From positions 522-64,521 of the IMG/VR virus record IMGVR_UViG_3300038829_000269: a stretch of DNA of 64,000 nt. The stretch is one strand, 5' to 3'. Of the stretch, positions 55,315-64,000 are shown piece by piece. The notes under the pieces were generated by a model. That model was not told where the DNA came from. It saw nothing but the letters and a program-made list of their open reading frames with translations, and did not search any database. The stretch's first letter is position 1; every line of letters starts with the position of its first letter. The DNA is from a virus. A program made the position numbers and the translations under genes.

Positions 55315-55805
55315 GAGATGACCTCGGCGATCGACGCCACGTTGTCGTCCGCGTCCCTGGTGATCGTGCTGGTCTTGGTCTTGCCCCCGGCCACTTCAAC
55401 GATCTGCGACACGAGCCCGGTGCCCGGATCGCGGATGATCGTCGTGGCGAACGGAAGCCCGTTGATCTTGTCCACGATCGTGACGTGGGCCGAGCCATCC
55501 GGGTCCACGATCTGACGGTCGTCCGTGTCCCGGTTCTTCAACTCGACGGCGCCGATCTCGATGTCGCCGACCACGAGCGTCGCGTCGACCTGGAGCTTTC
55601 CGTCCTTCCACTGCACCGGCATGAAATTGCCGCTGGCGGGATCGAGAGCGAAAAGCTGTGCGTGCTTTTCGCTCTCGGAGCCCTCCGCCAGCGGTTGCGG
55701 GGTGACCGGGTCCGGCCCCACAGGTTTCTGGGGGCTGAACTCGGTCGGCGACTGCGGCGGACGATTGTCGCTCTGACCCGGCGTGTAATAGGGCTCGTCG
55801 GCCAT
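55311..55805 (-). CDS. hypothetical virion protein
   Basis: 164 aa; GDIEIGAVELK motif. Confidence 0.62.
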   Translation of the reverse strand: MADEPYYTPGQSDNRPPQSPTEFSPQKPVGPDPVTPQPLAEGSESEKHAQLFALDPASGNFMPVQWKDGKLQVDATLVVGDIEIGAVELKNRDTDDRQIVDPDGSAHVTIVDKINGLPFATTIIRDPGTGLVSQIVEVAGGKTKTSTITRDADDNVASIAEVIS

Positions 55806-55817
55806 GATCTCTCTGCT

Positions 55818-56438
55818 TTACTCCGCGCGGTGAACGGCGCCGCCGGTCAGGCCCGCAGCGGTCAGCGCGGGCTGGGGAGCGGCGGCCTGGGCCAACGCGG
55901 GATCGCCGCCGCCGATCGGGCTGCGGATGATCTCCGTGGGTTTGGCCTCGGTCTCTTCCTCGTTGCCGGGGATGAGCTTGCCGTCCTCGTCGCGCGTGCC
56001 GAGCAGGACCTCGGACCGGACCTTGGCCGCCTTCGCCACCTCGGGGTCCTTGTCGTTGATCCAGTCGGCGAGCATCGACATGCTCGTCGAATCGGAGATG
56101 TCGCGCAGCTTGCTGGCGCGCATCTTGCTGGCCATCTCGGCGGCCGTGGGAGCGCCGCCCGACGCGCCGACCGCCACGGGGGCCGTGGGGTTCGCCACGT
56201 CCTCCAGGTGTCCGGTGCTGATCAGGCTCGCGATCTCGTGCGCGGCGTCGATGACCTGGGACTTGCGGAACGCGGTCCGCAGGTCCAGCGTCTGTCCGGG
56301 CGCGATCTCGATGCCGTTCAGCGTCGAGAGCACGACCTTCGAGTTCTTCGTCCGGTTGCGGATCACGGTGTAGACGCGATCCTCTTCCATCCAGCCCGAT
56401 CCTTGCGGCTTCGTCTCGTTGCTCTGGGTCATGTTCAT
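55818..56438 (-). CDS. hypothetical protein downstream of major capsid gene
   Basis: GGGAGG RBS; 206 aa. Confidence 0.65.
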   Translation of the reverse strand: MNMTQSNETKPQGSGWMEEDRVYTVIRNRTKNSKVVLSTLNGIEIAPGQTLDLRTAFRKSQVIDAAHEIASLISTGHLEDVANPTAPVAVGASGGAPTAAEMASKMRASKLRDISDSTSMSMLADWINDKDPEVAKAAKVRSEVLLGTRDEDGKLIPGNEEETEAKPTEIIRSPIGGGDPALAQAAAPQPALTAAGLTGGAVHRAE

Positions 56439-56517
56439 GACCTCCCTTGATTTTTTTATGGTGTGGTCTTCGCTCGGGCGTGTGCGCCCACGTCTACGGA
56501 AATCGTGTTAGGACTCG

Positions 56518-56547
56518 GCCCCGGCGGGCCTTTCGACCCGCCGGGGC
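56518..56547 (-). terminator. strong GC stem-loop after capsid gene (terminator or mRNA stabiliser)
   Basis: GCCCCGGCGGG / CCCGCCGGGGC 11-bp stem, GAAA-containing loop on the - strand; no U-tract. Confidence 0.5.
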
Positions 56548-56569
56548 TTCGTTCCGATGTCGCCTTCTC

Positions 56570-57448
56570 TTAGAAGGGCACGAACGTCGGCTTGCCCGTG
56601 ACGTTGATGCGGCTGACGGCGCGGGGGTTGACGACGGCGATGCCCAACTCTTCGTAGACGACCCAGCCCAGGCGCAGGCGCTCGGGCTTGTCCGCCGGGA
56701 TCACGTTCACGTCCTGCCGGATCGGCATGACGCCCGTGAACTCGGGCTCGGCGATGACCCAGATCGTGCCGCGCGGCACGACCTTCGAGACGAGGATGTC
56801 CAGGGTCCAGAGATGGCCGACGAGGCCGGTCTGGAGGACTTCCCGCTGCGTGACCGGATCGAACTGGTCGCGGCCGAACTTCATGAGGTCGGAATACTCG
56901 CTGAAGTTCATGACGAACTTCGCGGGCACCAGGTCCCACTTGCCGACTTCGGCCAGACCGCTGACGAGCGCGTCGCGCGTCAACTGATTCGCGACGGTCG
57001 TCTCCGGGTTCAGCAGGTTCGAGGAGCGGTCGATGGCGTTGAAGACGTTGCGGTCCTCCTCGGCCATCAGATCGAGCTTCGCGCGCTGCTGCGCGCGGTC
57101 GATCAGGTTGTAGCGGCGCTCCTTGACCTGAGAAAAGCGCACCTGGGGATACGAGATGATTTCCCAAGTGCCGACGGTGATCCGCTCGCCTTCCACGATC
57201 GTGTCCGGCGCGCTTCCGCGCTTGCCGATCGTGATGACGGGGATTTTCACGTCCTTGTCGTAGACCGGCAGGGCGCCCTGAGGCAGAGGATCGACGACCA
57301 GGAGCTTGCGGCCGATGCCCTGGTAATCGAGCGTGAGCCGGATCGGGTTGGCCATCGAGGACGCGAGGGCCATGCGACCGGCCTCCGTCTTCAACGCCTC
57401 TTCGATCAGGAACTCTTTCTGCTCGGGCGTCATCGCTTGTGCGTTCAT
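56570..57448 (-). CDS. major capsid protein (HK97 fold)
   Basis: 292 aa; LA.SMANPIR..LDYQGIGRKLLVVD.LPQGA.PVYDKD, A..D.MAEED..VF, G.LW..DI.VS..VP.G, GWV.YE..G..V.NPRAV. Confidence 0.88.
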   Translation of the reverse strand: MNAQAMTPEQKEFLIEEALKTEAGRMALASSMANPIRLTLDYQGIGRKLLVVDPLPQGALPVYDKDVKIPVITIGKRGSAPDTIVEGERITVGTWEIISYPQVRFSQVKERRYNLIDRAQQRAKLDLMAEEDRNVFNAIDRSSNLLNPETTVANQLTRDALVSGLAEVGKWDLVPAKFVMNFSEYSDLMKFGRDQFDPVTQREVLQTGLVGHLWTLDILVSKVVPRGTIWVIAEPEFTGVMPIRQDVNVIPADKPERLRLGWVVYEELGIAVVNPRAVSRINVTGKPTFVPF

Positions 57449-57556
57449 GCGTGATACCTCTCTTGCTTTTTCGCGTAGGACACGGGCCGTCTGGTCCCAT
57501 CGCGTTCAGCGACCTTTGTCGCCCCAGCTACTCGTGAGAGAGTTCGTCAGCCGCTG

Positions 57557-58105
57557 TTAGGCGACCGTCGGCTGCCAGCGGAAGCCGAGGAGGACGCCGT
57601 TCGCCAAGTCGGCGGGCTGGATGACGTGCCCCACCTTCTTGCCGGTGCCGCCCGCGCCGCCCAGGCGCTTGGCCGGGTCCTTCGTCAGGAGCCCGCGCGT
57701 CGCGTCCGAGATGCCCGTGCCCGCGACGACGTAAAGCTCGTCGTTCACGGCGTAGGCGCCGTTCGCCGGGCTGGCGTCGAACTGGTCGGTGAAGTAGTCT
57801 CCGAAGAAGGAGTAATACGTCACCTTGCCCGACTTCAGCGTGTCGATGAAGGAATCCGCGAAGATTCCCTCCGGCTGCGCGCCGTCCGAGATCGTGACGG
57901 CCAACGTGCCGTCCGTCTCCGCCTTCAACTGAGCGATCTTGCCCGCCGCGAACCCGAGTTCCTGCTCGCCGAAGGGCTTCTGCAAGCCCAGGGCGGAGGC
58001 ACCGAGGAGTTCGGCGGTGACGCCGCCGAACGCCGCCTCGACCTCGGAGTGGAGCTTCTTGTCCGCGATGGGAACGCCCTCGTAACCGCCTTGCGTTCTG
58101 AGCAT
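57557..58105 (-). CDS. capsid decoration/cement protein
   Basis: 182 aa immediately upstream of the MCP; SGKVT...G.Y.TDQFD, Y.V.D.LY. Confidence 0.65.
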   Translation of the reverse strand: MLRTQGGYEGVPIADKKLHSEVEAAFGGVTAELLGASALGLQKPFGEQELGFAAGKIAQLKAETDGTLAVTISDGAQPEGIFADSFIDTLKSGKVTYYSFFGDYFTDQFDASPANGAYAVNDELYVVAGTGISDATRGLLTKDPAKRLGGAGGTGKKVGHVIQPADLANGVLLGFRWQPTVA

Positions 58106-58183
58106 CTGAGTCTCCTTACTACCGCGCGTTATCTGCCTGCTGCGCCGTCGGCAGCTTACGCCGCAAATTGCTTCGTCCGCCCT

Positions 58184-61066
58184 TTACGCCTTCGCCGTCG
58201 GCGGGACCTTCCACATCGAGTTCAACTGATCCGTCAGACCGGCCGGGGCCGAGGCCTCGGACACGATCGGCGTCTTGAGGCCGGGGCCCGCAGCGGCGAT
58301 CCGCAGCAGTTCCTTGGCCGACAACTCCGCCTTCTTCTCGACCGGGGCCGGGGCCACGGGCTTGAAGTTCTCGACCATCGCGGAGGCGACCTTGAACGCC
58401 TGGTCGTCGCCCAGCATCAGGCCGTCGATGAACGACGCCTTGTGCTCGATGCTGAGCATCCCCTTGGACATGGCCTTGGCCGCCAGGTCCAGAGCCTTCG
58501 CCGCCTTCGCGCGCATCGCGATGTCGGACTGGAGGCGATCGTTGCGCTCGGTCTGCGCCTTCTTGTCGGCTTCGAGAGCCGCCACCTTGGCCTCCAGACC
58601 GGCCTTCTCGGCCGCCGCCTTCTTCTCGTGATCCTTCAGGAGTTCGGCCGCATACTCGCTGGACCCGAAGGCCTTGGAGTAGTAGCCCTTCTCGCCTTCG
58701 AGCTTCTTGTCGAGCGCCGCGCCCGCCGCGCTCTTGACGAGCGGGGACAGACCCAGGAGCTTGGCGGTCTTCGCCAGGCCCTCGAACTTCGCGCTGGCCA
58801 GCAGCTTCAGGCCGTAGTCCTTGGTCGCGAACCAGGCGAAGGCCTCGGCCTGCTCGGCCGCCGTCTTCACCGGGTAGGCTTCGGCCGCGCTCACTTTGAG
58901 CACGGGCTCGTCACCGCGCAGGACCTGCCAGTAGGAGACCAGCATGTCCGGCTTGTTCGCGTCGGCGGCGCTCGCCACCTTGTTGAACACGGCCGTCCAC
59001 CGGGCGCCCGCGCGGGCTTCGGTGATCTTCGCCTTGCGCTCATCGGCGCTCAGCTTCTCGTCGGACGCCAGCTTCTCGACCGTCTCGTCCTCGATCTCGA
59101 ACGCGGTCTTCACCGCGCCCTTGGTCTTGGCGCCCAGGTCGGGCAGCGCGCCTTCGGGAGCGGGCGGGCCCTTCGGCTCGCCGCCGCCCATCGGGGGCAT
59201 CGGCATCTCGGAGCCGCCGCCCATCTCGCCACCCATCTCGTCGCCGGGCAGCTTGGCGCCGCCCTTGTCCTTGTCCTTGAGACCCGGGTGACCCAGGTCC
59301 TTCAGGGCCATGTCGATGACGCCTTCCATGTCGTCGATCGTCTCTCCCAGGTCCTCCAGGAGGCTGACCGCGTCGTTCGAGACGCCGGTGCCGTGGGGCT
59401 TCTCCAGCGCGAACTTCGTCTCCATGTGGGAGACGCGGCAGAGCAGGCCGATGTCGTGGAGCGCGGCGCTGATCACCGCGAGGCGATCCTGAGCCGTGGC
59501 CAGGGCGGAGATCGACTTCTGACCGAGCGCGACGCCGCTCGACTTCGCCAGGTCGGACTCCATGTCCCCGATCTTCTTCTCCATCGAAGCCATCTCGGCC
59601 TCGGCGCCCTTGTCCTCGGCCTTCAGACCCTTGAGCGCCTTCTGCATCTCGGCGACCTGCTTCTTCTTGTCGCCGTCCTTCGTGTCGATCTCGCCCTTGT
59701 AGCCCGCTTCGTTCGACGCGAGCTTCACGTTGGGCATGTAGGCGGACCAGAGCCGGGACATCATCGGGCTCAGGCTGCCGGAGTCGGAGGAGCGCTGACC
59801 GTGCTCCTTGTTGATCTCGGACTTGGTGCGACCGGCGGCGGCGCCGTAGTCCATGTCCTCGGCCTTGTCCTGGTTGTAGTGCCGCTTCTTGAAGTGCAGG
59901 CGCGCGGCCTCGTCTTCGGACGCGACGAACACCCGAGCGAGCCCGGCGAGCCGGGTGATCAGGTCCAGGCGGCGGGACGCGAGGGCGGGCATCTTCTCCT
60001 GCATCTCGCGCGTGATCGGGCGATCGGCCTTCGGCTCCTTGTCGAACCGCGACTCGTCGGCCTTGTTCTTCTTCCAGTAGGAAGCGGCCTCCTCGTCGCG
60101 GTTGTCGTCGTCGGCCGGATAGCGCTTCTTGCCGTCGGGCATCGAGGCCAGGGGGCGATCCTTCTGCTCCGCGACCTTGGTCGACGCGCTCTTCTCGGAG
60201 CCGCCGTCGCCCATCGACTTCGCGCCTTCCTCGGGGGTCTGAGCGGCGCCGCCCTTCGCGGGGTCTTCCAGCGCGCCCTCCACCTTGGCCTTGCGCTCGG
60301 AGCGGATCGCGGCCAGCACGTCGGCGCGCGACTTGGCGCCGCTGAGACCGGCGGACTTCGGCTCTCCGCCGTTGCCCAGGGTCTTCGCCGAGTCGACCGC
60401 GTTCTTGCCCGCGTCGCCCTCGACCTTGCCCTGACCGCCGTCCTCGACCTTCCCGGCGCCCGGATGGGCGACCTCGGAGGCCGCCGCGCGGATCGCGTCC
60501 GCGCCGGTCATCACGGCCTTGGCCCGGGCCACGATCGAGTCGATCTCGTGTCCGGCGTGCAGCGTCTTGTAGGGGTCCTTGTCCGAGACCTGCGACTCGA
60601 CCTTGGTCTCGACGGCCTTCTCGATCGGAGCGTGCTGCTTGGAGTGGAGCGACTTCTTGCGCTCCTCGTCCAGGTTGCCCTGGTCCTGAGAGTGGTCCTC
60701 GGCGACTTCTTGGCCGGGCAGACCCTTGTCGGACGCGGTCACGGCTCCGGCGATCGTCGTCGGAATCGTGTGTTCGTTGTGCGGATCGTTCTCGCGAGCC
60801 AGCGCCAGGAGGTCGGTAGGCGGCACGTCATTCCTGGCGGCGGCGGCGGCGAGAGACTTCACGTCCACGAGCTTCCCGTCCTGGACTTCTCCAGGAGCGC
60901 CGGAGCCCGCGCTTCTCGTCACTTTCATGGTGTTGCCACCCCCCGTCTGAGTCTCTTCGCCGCTGGTCGCGGCTGCTTCGGCGTTCCCGCCAAATTTGGC
61001 AGCGACGATCGTGCTGAGCATCGAGGTCTTCTCTCGGATCGTCCGCTTCAGTTCGCTGTCGTCCAT
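58184..61066 (-). CDS. capsid scaffolding/internal core protein
   Basis: About 960 aa, A/K/E/G-rich low complexity with C-terminal coiled coil; between protease and decoration/MCP; AAGGGAG RBS. Confidence 0.65.
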   Translation of the reverse strand: MDDSELKRTIREKTSMLSTIVAAKFGGNAEAAATSGEETQTGGGNTMKVTRSAGSGAPGEVQDGKLVDVKSLAAAAARNDVPPTDLLALARENDPHNEHTIPTTIAGAVTASDKGLPGQEVAEDHSQDQGNLDEERKKSLHSKQHAPIEKAVETKVESQVSDKDPYKTLHAGHEIDSIVARAKAVMTGADAIRAAASEVAHPGAGKVEDGGQGKVEGDAGKNAVDSAKTLGNGGEPKSAGLSGAKSRADVLAAIRSERKAKVEGALEDPAKGGAAQTPEEGAKSMGDGGSEKSASTKVAEQKDRPLASMPDGKKRYPADDDNRDEEAASYWKKNKADESRFDKEPKADRPITREMQEKMPALASRRLDLITRLAGLARVFVASEDEAARLHFKKRHYNQDKAEDMDYGAAAGRTKSEINKEHGQRSSDSGSLSPMMSRLWSAYMPNVKLASNEAGYKGEIDTKDGDKKKQVAEMQKALKGLKAEDKGAEAEMASMEKKIGDMESDLAKSSGVALGQKSISALATAQDRLAVISAALHDIGLLCRVSHMETKFALEKPHGTGVSNDAVSLLEDLGETIDDMEGVIDMALKDLGHPGLKDKDKGGAKLPGDEMGGEMGGGSEMPMPPMGGGEPKGPPAPEGALPDLGAKTKGAVKTAFEIEDETVEKLASDEKLSADERKAKITEARAGARWTAVFNKVASAADANKPDMLVSYWQVLRGDEPVLKVSAAEAYPVKTAAEQAEAFAWFATKDYGLKLLASAKFEGLAKTAKLLGLSPLVKSAAGAALDKKLEGEKGYYSKAFGSSEYAAELLKDHEKKAAAEKAGLEAKVAALEADKKAQTERNDRLQSDIAMRAKAAKALDLAAKAMSKGMLSIEHKASFIDGLMLGDDQAFKVASAMVENFKPVAPAPVEKKAELSAKELLRIAAAGPGLKTPIVSEASAPAGLTDQLNSMWKVPPTAKA

Positions 61067-61085
61067 GGTCATCTCCCTTGTCCCC

Positions 61086-61125
61086 AAAATAAAAAGCCAG
61101 CGCAACCTTTTCGGTTGGCTGGCTT
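61086..61125 (-). terminator. intrinsic terminator/attenuator in scaffold leader
   Basis: - strand AAGCCAGC-CAACC-GAAA-AGGTTG-C-GCTGGCTT-TTTATTTT, ending just before the RBS. Confidence 0.65.
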
Positions 61126-61175
61126 ACTCGCTTGCTGGCTTGGCCCCGGTCGGGGCTTCACTCGCTCGCTGGCTT
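61118..61175 (-). repeat. direct repeats AAGCCAGC x3 (AAGCCAGCRAGCGAGT x2)
   Basis: GCTGGCTT on the + strand at 61118, 61134 and 61168. Confidence 0.75.
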
Positions 61176-61198
61176 ACGCGGCCTGCGTCAGAAACCTG

Positions 61199-61396
61199 CT
61201 ATCTCAGAAACAGACCCTTCGTTCTCCTCGCGTAGTCGAGCACGAACCGCTTCTTCTCGCCGGACGGAAGCTGAAGCACGACGGCCATCGGCAACTGGTC
61301 GATGGTCACGTTCAGTTCCGGCACCGACGGTTCGGCGGTCTTGACGGGGACATGACCGTTTTGTGCCCCTAGATTATGCTCGGTTTTCTCTGGCAT
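61199..61396 (-). CDS. small hypothetical protein (65 aa)
   Basis: GAAAGG RBS before MPEKTEH. Confidence 0.55.
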   Translation of the reverse strand: MPEKTEHNLGAQNGHVPVKTAEPSVPELNVTIDQLPMAVVLQLPSGEKKRFVLDYARRTKGLFLR

Positions 61397-61421
61397 TTCA
61401 ATACCTTTCGTCATGGCGTCG

Positions 61422-62417
61422 CTAGGCAAGAATCGCCTGCCCGATCCCCAGGTCCAGGAGGTCGTTGACCTTGTTCCAGTCGCAGAGGCTGTTCTTGTTC
61501 AATTCCTGCTCCGCCTCGACGAGGATTTCGGCCAGCCGCGCTTTGCCCTTCACCGCGCGCAGTGCCGCGATCTTCTCCAGGTGCTTGGCCTTGGTGTCGG
61601 CCCCGACCGTGACCCAGGACTCCTCGATGAACTCGACGCCCCGGTTGTCCTCGCACGCGATCACGTTCTTCCACCCGGTCTCGGGGCCGGAGTAGGCCTG
61701 GCCCTTCCAGTTCTTGACGTGCGCGCAGTATTCCATCTCGTTGTGCGCGACGTTCGTGCACACCGAGCAGATCGAGTAGGCGACGCGGCAGCCCATCGAC
61801 ACGTCGGTGATGTAGCCGCTGTCGATCCCGCGCACGAGCATCGGGTCCTTGGACCGGTCGACGGCGAGCAGAAGCTCGATGCCCTTGACCTTGTGGTTGG
61901 GGACCGCGTCCAGGATGATGCCCACGGCGTCGGCCACCTTGGAGTTGTTGTGGTCCTTGTAATTGCCCTTGCCGATGAACGTCTGGTAGACGTAGCGCTC
62001 GCCGCCGCCCAGGCGCACGGGCTTGCCCACGGCGTCCTTCATCGCGCGCAGAAGCTCGGGCTCCGACGGGTCCTTGGCCGAGCCCCAGCGGAAGAGGTCG
62101 CCGTTCGTGTTCGGCGCGTCGCCGTGCAGGCCCATGACCCGGTAGAAGCTGAACTCCGGGTTCATCGGCGCCACGCGCTGGAGGCCCGACGCCTTCTTGT
62201 AGCTGTCGAGCAGTTCGGCGTATTTGGTCGGGGCGTCGGCGATCTTCAGGCCGAAGGCCGAGCGCTCGATGAAGTGGTGTTCGCAGCGCGGGCGCACGAC
62301 CCCGGCGGTGCGGAACAGCGCGCACTCGGGGCACGTCCCGTCCTGGCGTTCGACGACCTTGCCGCCGAACGAAGCGAACTTCATGAAGCCGCCGTTGGGT
62401 AGGGAAATCTGGTTCAT
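61422..62417 (-). CDS. prohead (capsid maturation) protease
   Basis: N.NGD.F, TF.GK..Y.DH, G.ILDA, VSMGC.V.YS.CS.C.N...YC.H, F.E.SWV..GAD..A; likely start MNQISLP. Confidence 0.85.
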   Translation of the reverse strand: MNQISLPNGGFMKFASFGGKVVERQDGTCPECALFRTAGVVRPRCEHHFIERSAFGLKIADAPTKYAELLDSYKKASGLQRVAPMNPEFSFYRVMGLHGDAPNTNGDLFRWGSAKDPSEPELLRAMKDAVGKPVRLGGGERYVYQTFIGKGNYKDHNNSKVADAVGIILDAVPNHKVKGIELLLAVDRSKDPMLVRGIDSGYITDVSMGCRVAYSICSVCTNVAHNEMEYCAHVKNWKGQAYSGPETGWKNVIACEDNRGVEFIEESWVTVGADTKAKHLEKIAALRAVKGKARLAEILVEAEQELNKNSLCDWNKVNDLLDLGIGQAILA

Positions 62418-62641
62418 GGTATCGGTCCTCTCAGGCACTTCTGGCACTGCTCTTTGTTGTCCGGCCAAATCAGGATGTTGCCGACGCAGCCGTCCAGGCC
62501 GCAGACCTTGTTGGTCACCGTGGGCTGCGGGACGAATCCCTGCTCGCCCTTGTAGACCATGACCTTCGCCGCGTTCGGGTAAGGCGTGAGCGCCACCCCC
62601 ATCTGCGGCTCGTGCGGTGCGCCGGTCTTTTCCATAGCCAT
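62414..62641 (-). CDS. small Zn-ribbon protein
   Basis: 75 aa; C...GC.G...QCQKC; GGAGG RBS. Confidence 0.6.
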   Translation of the reverse strand: MAMEKTGAPHEPQMGVALTPYPNAAKVMVYKGEQGFVPQPTVTNKVCGLDGCVGNILIWPDNKEQCQKCLRGPIP

Positions 62642-62642
62642 A

Positions 62643-63302
62643 TCAGCCTCCGTAGCGCCTCACCCACTCCTCGTGGGGGATCATCTCGCCCGCCTGCTCG
62701 TCCCAGAGCCAGGGCTGGACGGCCTGCTGCTGGCCGCCCTCATCCTGGAGCGTCTTGAGCGGGACGAACTCGTTGCGCGTCTGGTCCCACTGCCACTGGA
62801 TATCGGTCCACTCGTTCTGGTCCGGCGGCAGGCCCATGACCTCGCGGCGCTCGGGCGCCACCTCGTCGAGCGTGATCGGCTCGTCCTTCAACACGTCGGG
62901 AATCTCGCTGGGCGCGACCTCGACGCCTTCCGAGAAGTCCAGCATCTCCTCGGTCCGGTTGATGCGGAAAAGCTGGCACGCGCAGTTGACGTGCGAGAGC
63001 GAATACTTGGGCGCGTTGTGGTGCATGTTCTTGAGCAGCCACTCGATCTTGAACCGCTGCCCATCGAGCGCGAAGCACACGGGGCACACGCTGCCCATCT
63101 CGCGCCAGAGCGTGGTGTTCTGCCACTCCTCGAACCCGTAGCGCCACTCCACCTCGCGGAACCCGGCCTTCAGGAAGTCCTCCAGGATGAACGCGCTCAT
63201 GTCGTCCTTCGCCGCGAACACGGAGTGCGCGGCGACCGAGATCGGGAGCCCGAACGATGGCTTCACGATCGCAGACCTGTAGGGCATGACGATCGGGTTC
63301 AT
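62643..63302 (-). CDS. MuF-like (phage head morphogenesis) protein
   Basis: VEW...VCPVC..LDG..F...SHVNCAC; likely start MNPIVMPY with ATGA overlap. Confidence 0.65.
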   Translation of the reverse strand: MNPIVMPYRSAIVKPSFGLPISVAAHSVFAAKDDMSAFILEDFLKAGFREVEWRYGFEEWQNTTLWREMGSVCPVCFALDGQRFKIEWLLKNMHHNAPKYSLSHVNCACQLFRINRTEEMLDFSEGVEVAPSEIPDVLKDEPITLDEVAPERREVMGLPPDQNEWTDIQWQWDQTRNEFVPLKTLQDEGGQQQAVQPWLWDEQAGEMIPHEEWVRRYGG

Positions 63303-63724
63303 CCCTGGGCTCCGGGCTGCTGCGGCGCGGGCGGCGGCTGCTGCGCGGCGGGCGCTGCGGCCGGGGCCTTGACCCCGGACAGGAAGTCCATGAGCGCCTT
63401 GCCGTCGAGAACGCGATCCTGGTCCCACTCGCCGGGCTGGGCGATCACCTTGTTGATCACGTCCTCGAAGAACGTGCGGATGCGGCGATCGACTTCCGCC
63501 GCGTCCACGTTCGACCCGCGCTGCTTGAGGTAGGCGACGAGCGGGTCATAGCGCCCGGTCGGCGCCTTGTCCGCCGTCTTCCCCATGCGGCCGAGCCGGT
63601 CCATGGCCAGCTTCTTGTAGTCGAGGTCCGGGAGGTGCGAGCGCTCGCCCATGATGCTCGTGTCGTTGATGAACGAGCGCGTGGACGCATCGCGCTTGCC
63701 CGCGCCGTTCGGATCGAAGCTCAT
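63299..63724 (-). CDS. hypothetical head-region protein
   Basis: 141 aa, GGAGG RBS, coupled at both ends. Confidence 0.62.
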   Translation of the reverse strand: MSFDPNGAGKRDASTRSFINDTSIMGERSHLPDLDYKKLAMDRLGRMGKTADKAPTGRYDPLVAYLKQRGSNVDAAEVDRRIRTFFEDVINKVIAQPGEWDQDRVLDGKALMDFLSGVKAPAAAPAAQQPPPAPQQPGAQG

Positions 63725-64000
63725 GCCGCCTCCGGTAGTCCGCCGCCCGCCTGGGGTCCCTGACCGCCTTCCGTCCCTCCGGGCTGACCCTCGGACGCGG
63801 GCATCCGCTCGCCGGGCGTAGGAGGACCGGCCTCGGCCGGGCCGCCTTCGGGCACCGGCATGTCGCCGCCGCCACCGCCACCACCCATCGGCATGGGAGC
63901 GCCGCCGGGCGCCGGGGGCTGACCGCCGGGCTTGATCCCCTTGAGCACGCTGGCCTTGGCCTCGGCCTGCTCGCGCTCGATCTGCTTCTTCTCGCGCTCG
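63721..64000 (-). CDS. C-terminus of probable portal protein (5' outside window)
   Basis: Open frame to the window edge; E/K-rich helix then Pro/Gly tail typical of large-phage portals; position upstream of MuF/protease. Identity is inferred from position only. Confidence 0.45.
   Translation of the reverse strand, partial: EREKKQIEREQAEAKASVLKGIKPGGQPPAPGGAPMPMGGGGGGGDMPVPEGGPAEAGPPTPGERMPASEGQPGGTEGGQGPQAGGGLPEAA

Noticed and set aside
57500-57556. CTGACGA followed by a small stem on the - strand upstream of the MCP, resembling a hammerhead ribozyme core
   Set aside because: No GAAA follows stem II and there are no stem I/III pairings, so the core is incomplete.
61118-61175. Short direct repeats as a mini-CRISPR array
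   Set aside because: The repeats are only 8-16 nt with irregular short spacing, and there are no cas genes.
57626-61372. Very long antisense ORFs (for example 57626-61372 +, 38727-41324 +, 2159-4624 -)
   Set aside because: Shadow ORFs caused by high GC3 on the opposite strand of clear genes; no RBS or motifs.
1-64000. Frequent CGATCG/GATC words (HIP1-like) and possible stop-codon reassignment
   Set aside because: The words are explicable by ATC/GAT/TCG codon usage at high GC without a count-based test. Genes end normally in TAA, TAG and TGA with tight coupling, so code 11 fits.

Overview
This window is a 64-kb segment of a large, high-GC, contractile-tailed (myovirus-like) dsDNA phage. It uses the standard genetic code, and no tRNA, rRNA, CRISPR array, integrase or transposase is visible. 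Two convergent transcription blocks meet at about 16.75-16.84 kb. The + strand (1-16750) carries early and accessory genes: an SNF2-family helicase (5'-truncated by the window), a DinG/YoaA Fe-S helicase, a YodL-like gene behind a consensus sigma70 promoter with an operator and a leaderless start, a metallophosphoesterase, many small hypotheticals, a possible SAM-lyase/DUF3574-like gene and an AlpA-like regulator. This block ends in a separately promoted cassette encoding a bacterial-type histone (Bd0055-like fold, RKTVxxxD signature) and an SprT-like HExxH metalloprotease, bracketed by two promoter+hairpin units that may be small RNAs. The - strand (64000-16843) is a near-complete late operon. 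Head: probable portal C-terminus, MuF-like protein, prohead protease, scaffold, decoration protein, HK97-type major capsid protein, a ~9 kb block of fibre/decoration genes and neck proteins. Tail: sheath, tube, tail chaperone with a -1 frameshift, tape measure, baseplate (hub, spike, gp25-like, J-like, I-like) and Fn3/beta-propeller/beta-helix receptor-binding proteins. Lysis: M15 endolysin, holin, an unusual spanin-like protein and a catalytically dead amidase. The operon ends with a DUF6527-like gene behind a highly structured AT-rich leader. The histone-SprT cassette is the most notable element. All family assignments come from motifs recognised by eye; no database search was run.
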